Both the position numbers and the translations under genes were made by a program. DNA of 64,000 bases from Octopus vulgaris (Eukaryota). A model generated the notes under the pieces. The model saw nothing but the letters and a program-made list of their open reading frames with translations. It had not been told where the DNA came from and made no database searches. Of the stretch, positions 1 through 14,880 are shown piece after piece. The DNA is taken from positions 20,646,001-20,710,000 of the forward strand of contig OX597842.1 of NCBI GenBank assembly GCA_951406725.2. Direction: 5' to 3'. The stretch's first letter is position 1. Each line of letters opens with the position of its first letter.

Positions 1-712
1 CAATATCTGTTTCAACCCACGATTTCACACACACACACACACACACGAATGCACGCACACACATACACATTTATATATAAGATGGACTTGTATGTTTGTA
101 TGTCTGTGTTTGTCCCCCCCAACATCGCTTGACAACCGATGCTGGTGTGTTTACGTCCCCGAAACGTAGCGGTTCGGCAAAAGAGACCGATAGAATAAGT
201 ACTAGGCTTACAAAGAATAAGTCCTGGGGTTCGATTTGCTCGAATAAAGGCGGTGCTCCAGCATGGCCACAGTCAGATGACTGAAACAAGTAAAAGAGTA
301 AACTTAGCGGTTCGGCCAAAGAGACCGATAGAATAAGTAATAGGCTTACAAAGAATAAGTCCCGGGGGTCGATTTGCTCGAATAAAGGCGGTGCTCCAGC
401 ATGGCCACAGTCAAATGACTGAAGGCTTTGGTCTGCTCGAAGCTATAATAGAAGATACTTGCCCTAGGTGCCGCTCTGTTTTCTTCCATGGACCCAGTAA
501 CCCCATCCTCTGCTACTACATTAAAGATGTATGATGGAGCAAAGGGTCATTATCTAGGTTTATATATTTTAGTCCTAATAAATATTTGCTTTATAATATC
601 TCCATGAACTGTGATCAGAGTCAGTATCTGAAAATACTGCAAACTTCTTTGAAATCCAAGTTGTAATTCTGTGCATATTAAGCAACTGTATACCTACTCC
701 CTGTATATAAAT

Positions 713-1490
713 ATATTTCTTTACTACCCGCAAGGGGCTAAACACAGAGGGGACAAACAAGGACAGACAAAGGGATTAAATCGATTACGTCGACCCCAGT
801 GCGTAACTGGTACTTATTTAATCGACCACGAAAGGGTGAAAGGCAAAGTCGACCACGGCGGAATTTGAACTCAGAACGGAACGGCAGACGAAATACCTAT
901 TTCTTTATTACCCACAAGGGGCTAAACACAGAGGGGACGAACAAAGACAGACAAAGGGATTAAAACGATTATATCGTCCCCAGTGAGTAACTGGTACTTA
1001 TTTAATCGACCCCGAAAGGATGAAAGGCAAAGTCGACCTCGGCGGAATTTGAACTCAGAACGGAACGGCAGACGAAATACCTATTTCTTTATTACCCACA
1101 AGGGGCTAAACACAGAGGGGACGAACAAAGACAGACAAAGGGATTAAAACGATTATATCGTCCCCAGTGAGTAACTGGTACTTATTTAATCGACCCCGAA
1201 AGGATGAAAGGCAAAGTCGACCTCGGCGGAATTTGAACTCAGAACGTACGGCAGACGAAATACCTATTTCTTCACTACCCACAAGGGGCTAAACAGAGAG
1301 GGGGACGAACAAGGACAGACAAAGGGATTAAGTCGATTATATCGATCCCAGTGTGTAAGTGGTACTTATTTGATCGACCCCGAAAGGGTGAAAGGCAAAG
1401 TCGACCTCAGCGGAATTTGAACTCAGAACCTAGCGGCAGACGAAATACCGCTAAGCATTTCACCCGGCGTCTTAACGATTCTGCCAGCTC
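713..1490 (-). mobile_element. tRNA-derived SINE (family B) with body multimerised 4x (~184 bp). Duplicate at 6899-7860 has 5 units
   Basis: Minus-strand head ...GAGCTGGCAGAATCGTTAAG...GAGTTCAAATTCC has A/B-box-like motifs. The central GAGGTCGACTTTGCCTTTCATCCTTTCGGGGTCGAT..AATAAGTACCAG resembles the Meta-SINE domain (from memory). Confidence 0.85.
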
Positions 1491-1703
1491 TCTTTCTGTC
1501 CTCTCAGCAGTTTCCCTTAATCATGGTAAATGTTTACGAAACCAAGGTGTAAGTATTCTGTATCGCCAATGTCATCTGATATTCTGGAATAACAGAGAAC
1601 AGGACACAGACTAATGAGTAAACAGAAAAAAATTGCGATTCAGCAAGAATTTCCGTCTCTTGAAATGATGGAAGTACTTTTTCTTGAAGTCTGTTTTTCC
1701 CCT

Positions 1704-2460
1704 TTTACTCTCTTACTTGTTTCAGTCATTTGACTGTGGCCATGCTGGAGCACCGCCTTTATTCGAGCAAATCGACCCCAGGACTTATTCTTTGTTAGCC
1801 TAGTACTTATTCTATCGGTCTCTTTTCCCGAACCGCTAAGTTACAGGGACGTAAACATACCGTCATTGGTTGTCAAGCGATGTTGGAGAGACAAACACAG
1901 ACACACAAACACACACATACACACACACACATACACACACACACACACACAGATATAAATGATGGGCTTCTTTCAGTTTCCGTCTACCAAATCCACTCAC
2001 AAATCTTTGGTCGGCCCGAAGCTATAGTAGAAGACACTTACGCAAAGTGCCACGCAGTGGGACTGAACCCGGAATTTGTTTCACTCATTTGACTGTGGCC
2101 ATGCTGGAGCACCGCCTTTATTCGAGCAAATCGACCCCAGGACTTTTTCTTTGTTAGCCCAGTACTTATTCTATCGGTCTCTTTTGCCGAACCGCTAAGT
2201 TTACTCTTTTTACTTGTTTCAGTCATTTGACTGCGGCCATGCTGGAGCACCGCCTTTATTCGAGCAAATCGACCCCAGGACTTATTCTTTGTGAGCCTAG
2301 TACTTATTCTATCGGTCTCTTTTGCCGAACACACACACACATATATACATATATACGACGAGGCTATAGTAGAAAACACTTGGCCAAAGTGCCACACAGT
2401 GAGACTGAACCTGGGACCATGTGGTTGGGAAGCAAGCCCCTTACCACACAGTACGCCTCA
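1704..2460 (-). mobile_element. Cluster of family A SINE copies and tail duplications (duplicate at ~8074-8830)
   Basis: Reverse complement of the family A head, internal (CA)n tract and ...GCTCCAGCATGGCCACAGTCAAATGACTGAAACAAGTAAAAGAG tail. Confidence 0.85.
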
Positions 2461-2555
2461 TCATTTCACCCCTTCTGTAGCGAGAAAAATCAATACAGGA
2501 GTCTGATCAGACGCTATTGGTTTGTGCTGGTTGATGTCGAGACGTCAGGTATTCT

Positions 2556-2981
2556 AGGCGGCGAGGAGCTGGCAGAAACGTTAGCACGGCGGGCGAAATG
2601 CTTAGCAGTATTTCGTCTGGAGTTACGTTCTGAGTTCAAATTCCGCCGAGGTCGACTTTGCCTTTCATCCTTTCGGGGGTCGATAAATAAAGCACTAGTT
2701 ACGCACTGGGGTCGATATAATCGACTTAATACCTATGTCTGTCCTTGTTTGTCCCCTCTGTGTTTAGCTCCTTGTGGGTAATAAAGAAATAGGTATTTCG
2801 TCTGCCGTTACTTTCTGAGTTCAAATTCCGCCGAGGTCGACTTTGCCTTTCATCCTTTCGGGGTCGATTAAATAAGCACCAGTTATGCACTGGGGTCGAT
2901 ATAATCGACTTAATCCGTTTGTCTATCCTTGTTTGTCCCCTCTATGTTTAGCCCCTTGAGGGTAGTAAAGAAATAGGTATT
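2556..2981 (+). mobile_element. Family B SINE, body dimer (duplicate at ~8928-9353)
   Basis: GGCGGCGAGGAGCTGGCAGAAACGTTAGCAC...GAGTTCAAATTCC head followed by two bodies ending AAAGAAATAGGTATT. Confidence 0.85.
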
Positions 2982-3261
2982 CTAGGATCCCGCGCTCCGA
3001 TTTCCTCCGCAAGATAGGAACAGTGGCGGCCTGTCAGAGAAATGAGCCCCATGAGGTGGGGGCCACTACTGCAGCGACTGTCGCTGCCCATTCTCCGTGA
3101 CAACAGCTGAGTGCCCCTCTTGTTCTGGGATTTGGGTCCCATCATTACCCCACGCCACTCTGTCTTTCGCTGCTTTGCACCCATTTTTTCTTCCACTTTT
3201 TCTCTTTTCTTTATCTTTTTAAAGCATATATTAGTAGATGAAATAAAAATTGTAGATATAT

Positions 3262-3797
3262 ATATTTCTTTACTACCCACAAGGGGCTAAACATAGAGGG
3301 GACAAACAAGGACAGACAACGGGATTAAGTCAATTACATTGACCCTAGTGCGTAACTGGTACATTATTTATCGACCACGAAAGGATGAAAAGCAAAGTCG
3401 ACCTCGGTGGAATTTGAACTCAGAGCGTAATGACAGACGAAATACCTATTTCTTTACTACCCACAGGGGGCTAAACGGATTAAGTCGATTACATCCGAAA
3501 GGATGAAAAGCAAAGTCGACCTCGGTGGAATTTGAACTCAGAACGTAACGGCAGACGAAATACCTATTTCTTTACTACCCACAAGGGGCTAAACACAGAG
3601 GGGACAAACAAGGACAGACAAAGGGATTAAGTCGACTACATCGACCCCAGTGCGTAACTGGTACTTAATTTATCGACCCAGAAAGTATGAAAGGCAAAGT
3701 CGACCTCGGCGGAATTTGAACTCGGAACGTAACGGCAGACGAAATACGGCTACGAATTTCGCCCGGCGTGCTAACGTTTCTACCAGCTCGCCGCCTT
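3262..3797 (-). mobile_element. Family B SINE multimer (3 units; 4 units in duplicate at 9634-10353)
   Basis: Repeated TATTTCTTTACTACCCACAAGGGGCTAAAC units with a single head at the right end. Confidence 0.85.
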
Positions 3798-4008
3798 ATA
3801 TATATATAACAGGTGCAGGAATGGCTGTGTAGTAAGTAGCTTGCTTCTCAACTACATGGTTCCAAGTTCAGTCCCACTGCATGGCACCTTGGACAAAGTG
3901 TCTTCTACTAGAATCTCAGGCTAACCAAATGTTTTTGGGTGGAGTTAATAGATGGAAACTGAAAGAAGCCTGTCGTTTATATACCAGCATGTCAATTTCT
4001 CCATTTCT

Positions 4009-4599
<591 letters not shown>

Positions 4600-4780
4600 A
4601 ACCACATGGTTCTGGGTTCAGTCCCACTGCGTCGCACCTTGTGCAAGTGTCTTCTACTATTGCCTTCGGCCGACCAGAGCCTTGTGAATCCAAACAAGAA
4701 AGCACAAAAAACACAACAACGCGAGGACGTGGAACAAATATAGTATTATTGGACGCTCAGGAAAGAAGGAAAGAAGGAGG

Positions 4781-4815
4781 GCTTAACGTTTCGAGCGGAG
4801 CTCTTCGTTGGAAAC
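4781..4815 (-). ncRNA. Degenerate minimal Penelope-type hammerhead in a ~200-bp repeat (copy at 11445-11479)
   Basis: Minus strand: GTTT CCAACGA A GAGC TCC GCTC GAAA CGT TA AGC. Stem II and GAAA are intact; the CUGANGA core is mutated. Confidence 0.45.
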
Positions 4816-5174
4816 ATAGGAGAAGGAAAGATCCAGAGAAGGGAAGACAGGGAAAGAAAAAAATCGCCAACGGTACACACGAGGTCACGTCCCCCCAACA
4901 TCGCTTGACCACCAATGCAGGTGTGTTTACATTTCCGTAACGTAGCGGTCCGGCAAAAGAGACCGATAGAATAAATACTAGGCGTACAAAGAATAAGTCC
5001 TGGAGTCGATTTGCTTGTCTAAGGGCGGTGCCTCAGCATGGCCACATTCAAATAACTGAAACAAGTAAAAGAGTAACACATTCTTGTTTGTCGCAAATTT
5101 TATGTTCAGTTACAATAAAAAACAATTTGACATTCATCTAACGGGTTCCGCTACACTTTGTTGAGTACAAATTG

Positions 5175-5855
5175 GGGATCTTTTCGGTTTGAACGGCTGT
5201 TTTTTCTAGGGGTGTCATATGAAATTGCCACCCATAATTGTGACCCTAGTATTGATCTATTGCATTTCAATGTTTTAGGGTTAGGGTTAGAAATGTAAAT
5301 AAACCCAATCTGTTTCTTAAACGAGGGACATTTTCATACGGCACAGAATGTTTTCACCTCAATAGACGTCATTGATTGGTTGAAATTGCAGGAATTGAAG
5401 AAAAAAACCCCAACAAATATCTTACAAACTCTAGACTTTTCTCTATAAAGCCGAGAGAAAAAGATGTTTTATAAACATATTCTACCAGTGTACGAAGTTT
5501 AAAAGTGTTTAGTTACGTGGAAATTATTTTTAAAAACTGTCGTTCAAACCGAAAAGATCCCAAATATCTTACACACTATAGAATTTTCTCAAGAAAGCCA
5601 AGAGAAAAAGATGTTTTATAAACACATTCTACCAGTATACGAAGTTTAAAAGTGTTTAGTTACGTGGAAATTACTTTAAAAAACTGCCGTTCAAACCGAA
5701 AAGATCCTAAATATCTTACAAACTATAGAATTTTCTCAATAAAGCCAAGAGAAACAGATGTTTTATAAACACATTCTACCAGTATACGAAGTTTAAAAGT
5801 GTTTAGTTACGTGGAAATTATTTTAAAAAACGGCAGGTCAAACTGAAAATATCCC
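5175..5855. mobile_element. MITE-like element with TIRs, internal TTAGGG repeats and a triplicated 147-bp right end (copy at 11838-12518)
   Basis: Left TIR GGGATCTTTTCGGTTTGAACG; right TIR CGTTCAAACCGAAAAGATCC ends at 5561, ~5707 and (degenerate) 5855. AAATTG flanks both sides. Confidence 0.8.
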
Positions 5856-8800
5856 AAATTGGTTATTATTGTTATATTTGGGGATGGTCGTATTTTACCA
5901 GTTAAACACACGCGCTGTATACTTGGTCAACACTTCAGCTCTATTATTAGTCTTTTAGTGACTTTGTCCAAACTCTTCCGCTAAACATCCTGTAACCTCA
6001 TCAACGACTGGAAACCCTATCTTTCTCTATTGTTCTACTTAAAAAGGAGACACTTTGGGTTAGGAGTCATTAAAGAGGCCACGTGATATTTCACAAAAGA
6101 CCTTAGACAAAGAAACAAAAGAATAATTATAACAGTTAAAAAAGTGCGTGTGTTTAATTGGCAAAAGATGACCGTCCCTAAATACAACAATATCTGTTTC
6201 AACCCACGATTTCACACACACACACACACACACGAATGCACGCACACACATACACATTTATATATAAGATGGACTTGTATGTTTGTATGTCTGTGTTTGT
6301 CCCCCCAACATCGCTTGACAACCGATGCTGGTGTGTTTACGTCCCCGAAACGTAGCGGTTCGGCAAAAGAGACCGATAGAATAAGTACTAGGCTTACAAA
6401 GAATAAGTCCTGGGGTTCGATTTGCTCGAATAAAGGCGGTGCTCCAGCATGGCCACAGTCAGATGACTGAAACAAGTAAAAGAGTAAACTTAGCGGTTCG
6501 GCCAAAGAGACCGATAGAATAAGTAATAGGCTTACAAAGAATAAGTCCCGGGGGTCGATTTGCTCGAATAAAGGCGGTGCTCCAGCATGGCCACAGTCAA
6601 ATGACTGAAGGCTTTGGTCTGCTCGAAGCTATAATAGAAGATACTTGCCCTAGGTGCCGCTCTGTTTTGTTCCATGGACCCAGTAACCCCATCCTCTGCT
6701 ACTACATTAAAGATGTATGATGGAGCAAAGGGTCATTATCTAGGTTTATATATTTTAGTCCTAATAAATATTTGCTTTATAATATCTCCATGAACTGTGA
6801 TCAGAGTCAGTATCTGAAAATACTGCAAACTTCTTTGAAATCCAAGTTGTAATTCTGTGCATATTAAGCAACTGTATACCTACTCCCTGTATATAAATAT
6901 ATTTCTTTACTACCCGCAAGGGGCTAAACACAGAGGGGACAAACAAGGACAGACAAAGGGATTAAATCGATTACGTCGACCCCAGTGCGTAACTGGTACT
7001 TATTTAATCGACCACGAAAGGGTGAAAGGCAAAGTCGACCACGGCGGAATTTGAACTCAGAACGGAACGGCAGACGAAATACCTATTTCTTTATTACCCA
7101 CAAGGGGCTAAACACAGAGGGGACGAACAAAGACAGACAAAGGGATTAAAACGATTATATCGTCCCCAGTGAGTAACTGGTACTTATTTAATCGACCCCG
7201 AAAGGATGAAAGGCAAAGTCGACCTCGGCGGAATTTGAACTCAGAACGGAACGGCAGACGAAATACCTATTTCTTTATTACCCACAAGGGGCTAAACACA
7301 GAGGGGACGAACAAAGACAGACAAAGGGATTAAAACGATTATATCGTCCCCAGTGAGTAACTGGTACTTATTTAATCGACCCCGAAAGGATGAAAGGCAA
7401 AGTCGACCTCGGCGGAATTTGAACTCAGAACGTACGGCAGACGAAATACCTATTTCTTCACTACCCACAAGGGGCTAAACAGAGAGGGGGACGAACAAGG
7501 ACAGACAAAGGGATTAAGTCGATTATATCGATCCCAGTGTGTAACTGGTACTTATTTAATCGACCCCGAAAGGGTGAAAGGCAAAGTCGACCGCGGTGGA
7601 ATTTGAACTCAGAACGTAGCGGCAGACGAAATACCTATTTCTTCACTAGCCAGAAGGGGCTAAACACAGAGGGGACAAACAAGGACAGACAAAGGGAATA
7701 AGTCAATTACATCGCCCCCAGTGAGTAAGTGGTACTTATTTGATCGACCCCGAAAGGGTGAAAGGCAAAGTCGACCTCAGCGGAATTTGAACTCAGAACC
7801 TAGCGGCAGACGAAATACCGCTAAGCATTTCACCCGGCGTCTTAACGATTCTGCCAGCTCTCTTTCTGTCCTCTCAGCAGTTTCCCTTAATCATGGTAAA
7901 TGTTTACGAAACCAAGGTGTAAGTATTCTGTATCGCCAATGTCATCTGATATTCTGGAATAACAGAGAACAGGACACAGACTAATGAGTAAACAGAAAAA
8001 AATTGCGATTCAGCAAGAATTTCCGTCTCTTGAAATGATGGAAGTACTTTTTCTTGAAGTCTGTTTTTCCCCTTTTACTCTCTTACTTGTTTCAGTCATT
8101 TGACTGTGGCCATGCTGGAGCACCGCCTTTATTCGAGCAAATCGACCCCAGGACTTATTCTTTGTTACCCTAGTACTTATTCTATCGGTCTCTTTTCCCG
8201 AACCGCTATGTTACAGGGACGTAAACATACCGTCATTGGTTGTCAAGCGATGTTGGAGAGACAAACACAGACACACAAACACACACAGACACACACACAC
8301 ATACACACACACACACACACACAGATATAAATGATGGGCTTCTTTCAGTTTCCGTCTACCAAATCCACTCACAAATCTTTGGTCGGCCCGAAGCTATAGT
8401 AGAAGACACTTACGCAAAGTGCCACGCAGTGGGACTGAACCCGGAATTTGTTTCACTCATTTGACTGTGGCCATGCTGGAGCACCGCCTTTATTCGAGCA
8501 AATCGACCCCAGGACTTTTTCTTTGTTAGCCCAGTACTTATTCTATCGGTCTCTTTTGCCGAACCGCTAAGTTTACTCTTTTTACTTGTTTCAGTCATTT
8601 GACTGCGGCCATGCTGGAGCACCGCCTTTATTCGAGCAAATCGACCCCAGGACTTATTCTTTGTGAGCCTAGTACTTATTCTATCGGTCTCTTTTGCCGA
8701 ACACACACACACATATATACATATATACGACGAGGCTATAGTAGAAAACACTTGGCCAAAGTGCCACACAGTGAGACTGAACCTGGGACCATGTGGTTGG

Positions 8801-10565
8801 GAAGCAAGCCCCTTACCACACAGTACGCCTCATCATTTCACCCCTTCTGTAGCGAGAAAAATCAATACAGGAGTCTGATCAGACGCTATTGGTTTGTGCT
8901 GGTTGATGTCGAGACGTCAGGTATTCTAGGCGGCGAGGAGCTGGCAGAAACGTTAGCACGGCGGGCGAAATGCTTAGCAGTATTTCGTCTGGAGTTACGT
9001 TCTGAGTTCAAATTCCGCCGAGGTCGACTTTGCCTTTCATCCTTTCGGGGGTCGATAAATAAAGCACTAGTTACGCACTGGGGTCGATATAATCGACTTA
9101 ATACCTATGTCTGTCCTTGTTTGTCCCCTCTGTGTTTAGCTCCTTGTGGGTAATAAAGAAATAGGTATTTCGTCTGCCGTTACATTCTGAGTTCAAATTC
9201 CGCCGAGGTCGACTTTGCCTTTCATCCTTTCGGGGTCGATTAAATAAGCACCAGTTATGCACTGGGGTCGATGTAATCGACTTAATCCGTTTGTCTATCC
9301 TTGTTTGTCCCCTCTATGTTTAGCCCCTTGAGGGTAGTAAAGAAATAGGTATTCTTGGATCCCGCGCTCCGATTTCCTCCGCAAGATAGGAACAGTGGCG
9401 GCCTGTCAGAGAAATGAGCCCCATGAGGTGGGGGCCACTACTGCAGCGACTGTCGCTGCCCATTCTCCGTGACAACAGCTGAGTGCCCCTCTTGTTCTGG
9501 GATTTGGGTCCCATCATTACCCCACGCCACTCTGTCTTTCGCTGCTTTGCACCCATTTTTTCTTCCACTTTTTCTCTTTTCTTTATCTTTTTAAAGCATA
9601 TATTAGTAGATGAAATAAAAATTGTAGATATATATATTTCTTTACTACCCACAAGGGGCTAAACATAGAGGGGACAAACAAGGATAGACAACGGGATTAA
9701 GTCAATTACATTGACCCTAGTGCGTAACTGGTACATTATTTATCGACCACGAAAGGATGAAAAGCAAAGTCGACCTCGGTGGAATTTGAACTCAGAGCGT
9801 AATGAAAGACGAAATACCTATTTCTTTACTACCCACAGGGGGCTAAACGGATTAAGTCGATTACATCCGAAAGGATGAAAAGCAAAGTCGACCTCGGTGG
9901 AATTTGAACTCAGAACGTAACGGCAGACGAAATACCTATTTCTTTACTACCCACAAGGGGCTAAACATAGAGGGGACAAACATGTACAGACAAACGGATT
10001 AAGTCGATCATATCGACCCCAGTGCGTAACTAGTACTTAATTTATCGACCCTGAAAGGATGAAAGGCAAAGTCGACCTCGGCGGAATTTGAACTCAGAAC
10101 GTAACGGCAGACGAAATACCTATTTCTTTACTACCCACATGGGGCTAAACACAGAGGGGACAAACAAGGACAGACAAAGGGATTAAGTCGACTACATCGA
10201 CCCCAGTGCGTAACTGGTACTTAATTTATCGACCCAGAAAGTATGAAAGGCAAAGTCGACCTCGGCGGAATTTGAACTCGGAACGTAACGGCAGACGAAA
10301 TACGGCTACGAATTTCGCCCGGCGTGCTAACGTTTCTACCAGCTCGCCGCCTTATATATATATAACAGGTGCAGGAATGGCTGTGTAGTAAGTAGCTTGC
10401 TTCTCAACTACATGGTTCCAAGTTCAGTCCCACTGCATGGCACCTTGGACAAAGTGTCTTCTACTAGAATCTCAGGCTAACCAAATGTTTTTGGGTGGAG
10501 TTAATAGATGGAAACTGAAAGAAGCCTGTCGTTTATATACCAGCATGTCAATTTCTCCATTTCTA

Positions 10566-10601
<36 letters not shown>

Positions 10602-10642
10602 GTATATATATATGTATATATATATATATGTATATATATATG

Positions 10643-10856
<214 letters not shown>

Positions 10857-12872
10857 CGTTAGAGTGGCTGTGTGGTAAGTAGCTTGTTTACGAGCCACAT
10901 GGTCTGGTCCCGGGTTCAGTCCCACTGCGTCGTACTTTGAGCAAATGTTTTTTACTATAGCCTCGGGCCGACCAAAGGCTTCTGAGTGGATTTGGTAGAT
11001 GATGGAAACTGAAAGAAGCCCGTCGTATGTATGTATGTATGTATATATATGTATGTGTGTGTGTGTCTGTGTTTGTCCCCCCAACATCGCTTGACAACCG
11101 ATGGTGGTGTGTTTACGTCCCTGTAACTTAGCAGTTTGGCAAAAGAGACCGATAAATAAGTAGTAGTCTTACAAATAATAAGTCCTGGGTTTTATCTGCT
11201 CGACTAAAGGTGGTGCTCCAGCATGGCCACAGTCAAATGACAGAAACAAGTAAAAGAGTAAAGAACCACATGGTTCTGGGTTCAGTCCCACTGCGTGGCA
11301 CCTTGTGCAAGTGTCTTCTACTATAGCCTTCGGCCGACCAGAGCCTTGTGAATCCAAACAAGAAAGCACAAAAAACACAACAACGCGAGGACGTGGAACA
11401 AATATAGTATTATTGGACGCTCAGGAAAGAAGGAAAGAAGGAGGGCTTAACGTTTCGAGCGGAGCTCTTCGTTGGAAACATAGGAGAAGGAAAGATCCAG
11501 AGAAGGGAAGACAGGGAAAGAAAAAATCGCCAACGGTACACACGAGGTCACGTCCCCCCAACATCGCTTGACCACCAATGCAGGTGTGTTTACATTTCCG
11601 TAACGTAGCGGTCCGGCAAAAGAGACCGATAGAATAAATACTAGGCGTACAAAGAATAAGTCCTGGAGTCGATTTGCTTGTCTAAGGGCGGTGCCTCAGC
11701 ATGGCCACATTCAAATAACTGAAACAAGTAAAAGAGTAACACATTCTTGTTTGTCGCAAATTTTATGTTCAGTTACAATAAAAAACAATTTGACATTCAT
11801 CTAACGGGTTCCGCTACACTTTGTTGAGTACAAATTGGGGATCTTTTCGGTTTGAACGGCTGTTTTTTCTAGGGGTGTCATATGAAATTGCCACCCATAA
11901 TTGTGACCCTAGTATTGATCTATTGCATTTCAATGTTTTAGGGTTAGGGTTAGAAATGTAAATAAACCCAATCTGTTTCTTAAACGAGGGACATTTTCAT
12001 ACGGCACAGAATGTTTTCACCTCAATAGACGTCATTGATTGGTTGAAATTGCAGGAATTGAAGAAAAAAACCCCAACAAATATCTTACAAACTCTAGACT
12101 TTTCTCTATAAAGCCGAGAGAAAAAGATGTTTTATAAACACATTCTACCAGTGTACGAAGTTTAAAAGTGTTTAGTTACGTGGAAATTATTTTAAAAAAC
12201 TGTCGTTCAAACCGAAAAGATCCCAAATATCTTACACACTATAGAATTTTCTCAAGAAAGCCAAGAGAAAAAGATGTTTTATAAACACATTCTACCAGTA
12301 TACGAAGTTTAAAAGTGTTTAGTTACGTGGAAATTATTTTAAAAAACTGCCGGTCAAACCGAAAAGATCCCAAATATCTTACAAACTATAGAATTTTCTC
12401 AAGAAAGCCAAGAGAAAAAGATGTTTTATAAACACATTCTACCAGTATACGAAGTTTAAAAGTGTTTAGTTACGTGGAAATTATTTTAAAAAACTGCAGG
12501 TCAAACTGAAAATATCCCAAATTGGTTATTATTGTTATATTTGGGGACGGTCGTATTTTACCAGTTAAACACACGCGCTGTATACTTGGTCAACACTTCA
12601 GCTCTATTATTAGTCTTTTAGTGACTCTGTCCAAGCTCTTCCGCTAAACATCCTGTAACCTCATCAACGACTGGAAACCCTATCTTTCTCTATTGTTCTA
12701 CTTAAAAAGGAGACACTTTGGGTTAGGAGTCATTAAAGAGGCCACGTGATATTTCACAAAAGACCTTAGACAAAGAAACAAAAGAATAATTATAACAGTT
12801 AAAAAAGTGCGTGTGTTTAATTGGCAAAAGATGACCGTCCCTAAATACAACAATATCTGTTTCTACACACGA

Positions 12873-12920
<48 letters not shown>

Positions 12921-13552
12921 ATGCACGCACACACATACACATTTATATATACGATGGACTTGTATGTTTGTATGTCTGTTTTTGTCCCCCCCCAACATCG
13001 CTTGACAACCGATGCTGGTGTGTTTACGTCCCCGAAACGTAGCGGTTCGGCAAAAGAGGCCACTACTGCAGCGACTGTCGCTGCCCATTCTCCGTGACAA
13101 CAGCTGAGTGCCCCTCTTGTTCTGGGATTTGGGTCCCATCATTACCCCACGCCACTCTGTCTTTCGCTGCTTTGCACCCCTTTTTTCTTCCACTTTTTTT
13201 CTTTTCTTAATCTTTTTAAAGCATATATTAGTAGATGAAATAAAAATTGTAGATATATATATTTCTTTACTAGCCACAAGGGGCTAAACACAGAGGGGAC
13301 AAACAAGGACAGACAAAGGGAATAAGTCAATTACATCGCCTCCAGTGTATAAGTGGTACTTATTTGATCGACCCCGAAAGGGTGAAAGGCAAAGTCGACC
13401 TCAGCGGAATTTGACCTCAGAACGTAGCGCAGACGAAATACCTATTTCTTTACTACCCACATGGGGCTAAACACAGAGGGGACAAACAAGGACAGACAAA
13501 GGGAATAAGTCAATTACATCGCCCCCAGTGTGTAAGTGGTATATATATACAC

Positions 13553-13697
<145 letters not shown>

Positions 13698-14300
13698 GGC
13701 GTTAGAGTGGCTGTGTGGTAAGTAGCTTGTTTACGAACCACATGGTCTGGTCCCGGGTTCAGTCCCACTGCGTCGTACTTTGAGCAAATGTTTTTTACTA
13801 TAGCCTCGGGCCGACCAAAGGCTTCTGAGTGGATTTGGTAGATGATGGAAACTGAAAGAAGCCCGTCGTATGTATGTATGTATGTATATATATATGTATG
13901 TGTGTGTGTGTCTGTGTTTGTCCCCCCAACATCGCTTGACAACCGATGGTGGTGTGTTTACGTCCCTGTAACTTAGCAGTTTGGCAAAAGAGACCGATAA
14001 ATAAGTAGTAGTCGTACAAATAATAAGTCCTGGGTTTTATCTGCTCGACTAAAGGTGGTGCTCCAGCATGGCCACAGTGAAATGACTGAAACAAAAGAGT
14101 AAAGAGTAAATATATATATATATATATATATATATACAAAATAAGAAAATGGAGGAATATATATATATATATATATATATATAGGTACTGCAAATTGAGG
14201 GTGAATACTTGATAAGTGTAGGTACCTGTATACGCTCGCTAGTGGCAGAGGTGGGAGGGAATATATGAAATAAAATCAAAAACAGAACACAAAGGATGTC

Positions 14301-14391
14301 GCGGTACACGTGTTTCAAGCTTTATAAACGACCTGTTCTTACATCAGCGTATTATAGATATAAAAGATGGTTTAAAGCTCTCTTCAGCCGC
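14301..14391 (-). ncRNA. Type I hammerhead ribozyme, Penelope-type, intact core
   Basis: Minus strand: GCGG CTGAAGA GAGCTTTA-[long loop]-TAAAGCTT GAAA CACGTG TA CCGC. Stems I, II and III all pair; the cleavage triplet is GUA. Confidence 0.8.
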
Positions 14392-14640
14392 ATGCATTGT
14401 TTTCCAAAGAGCTACATCACACTATAAAAAATATGAAAACTACATGTAGTATTATCCATAACAATAGGTATATCATATCTCCCTGAGAAAGTGTATTTGT
14501 AAAATTTCGTAACTAAATAGGCGTGTAGGGGATCATTGGATTCCGAAAATCTGTCCAAATCTGTCTATACATTTATAGAATAACAATAAATGTATAGTTA
14601 TTCTATTAACCAAAATCACAAAGAGAGTAAGTAGATAGAA

Positions 14641-14699
<59 letters not shown>

Positions 14700-14880
14700 A
14701 CCATTATATATTTGTTTCGAGACGCTTCGGCATATTTGGTATTAGAATTGTTCTTTTGCCCTTATTTTGTAAATTATATATATATATATATATATATATC
14801 CAATATAGGATAAGAATTTTCGAAAAAATGTTATCAATGGGCAGCATATTAAAAGAATACCTTTAAAGGTTAAATTTTAT

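Noticed and set aside
2982-3180. GC-rich patch with hairpin GCAGCGAC-T-GTCGCTGC as a possible HDV-like ribozyme
   Set aside because: I could not assemble P1, P2 and P3 pairings; only one hairpin is supported.
5275-5291. Telomere or interstitial telomere
   Set aside because: Fewer than three TTAGGG units, internal to a MITE.
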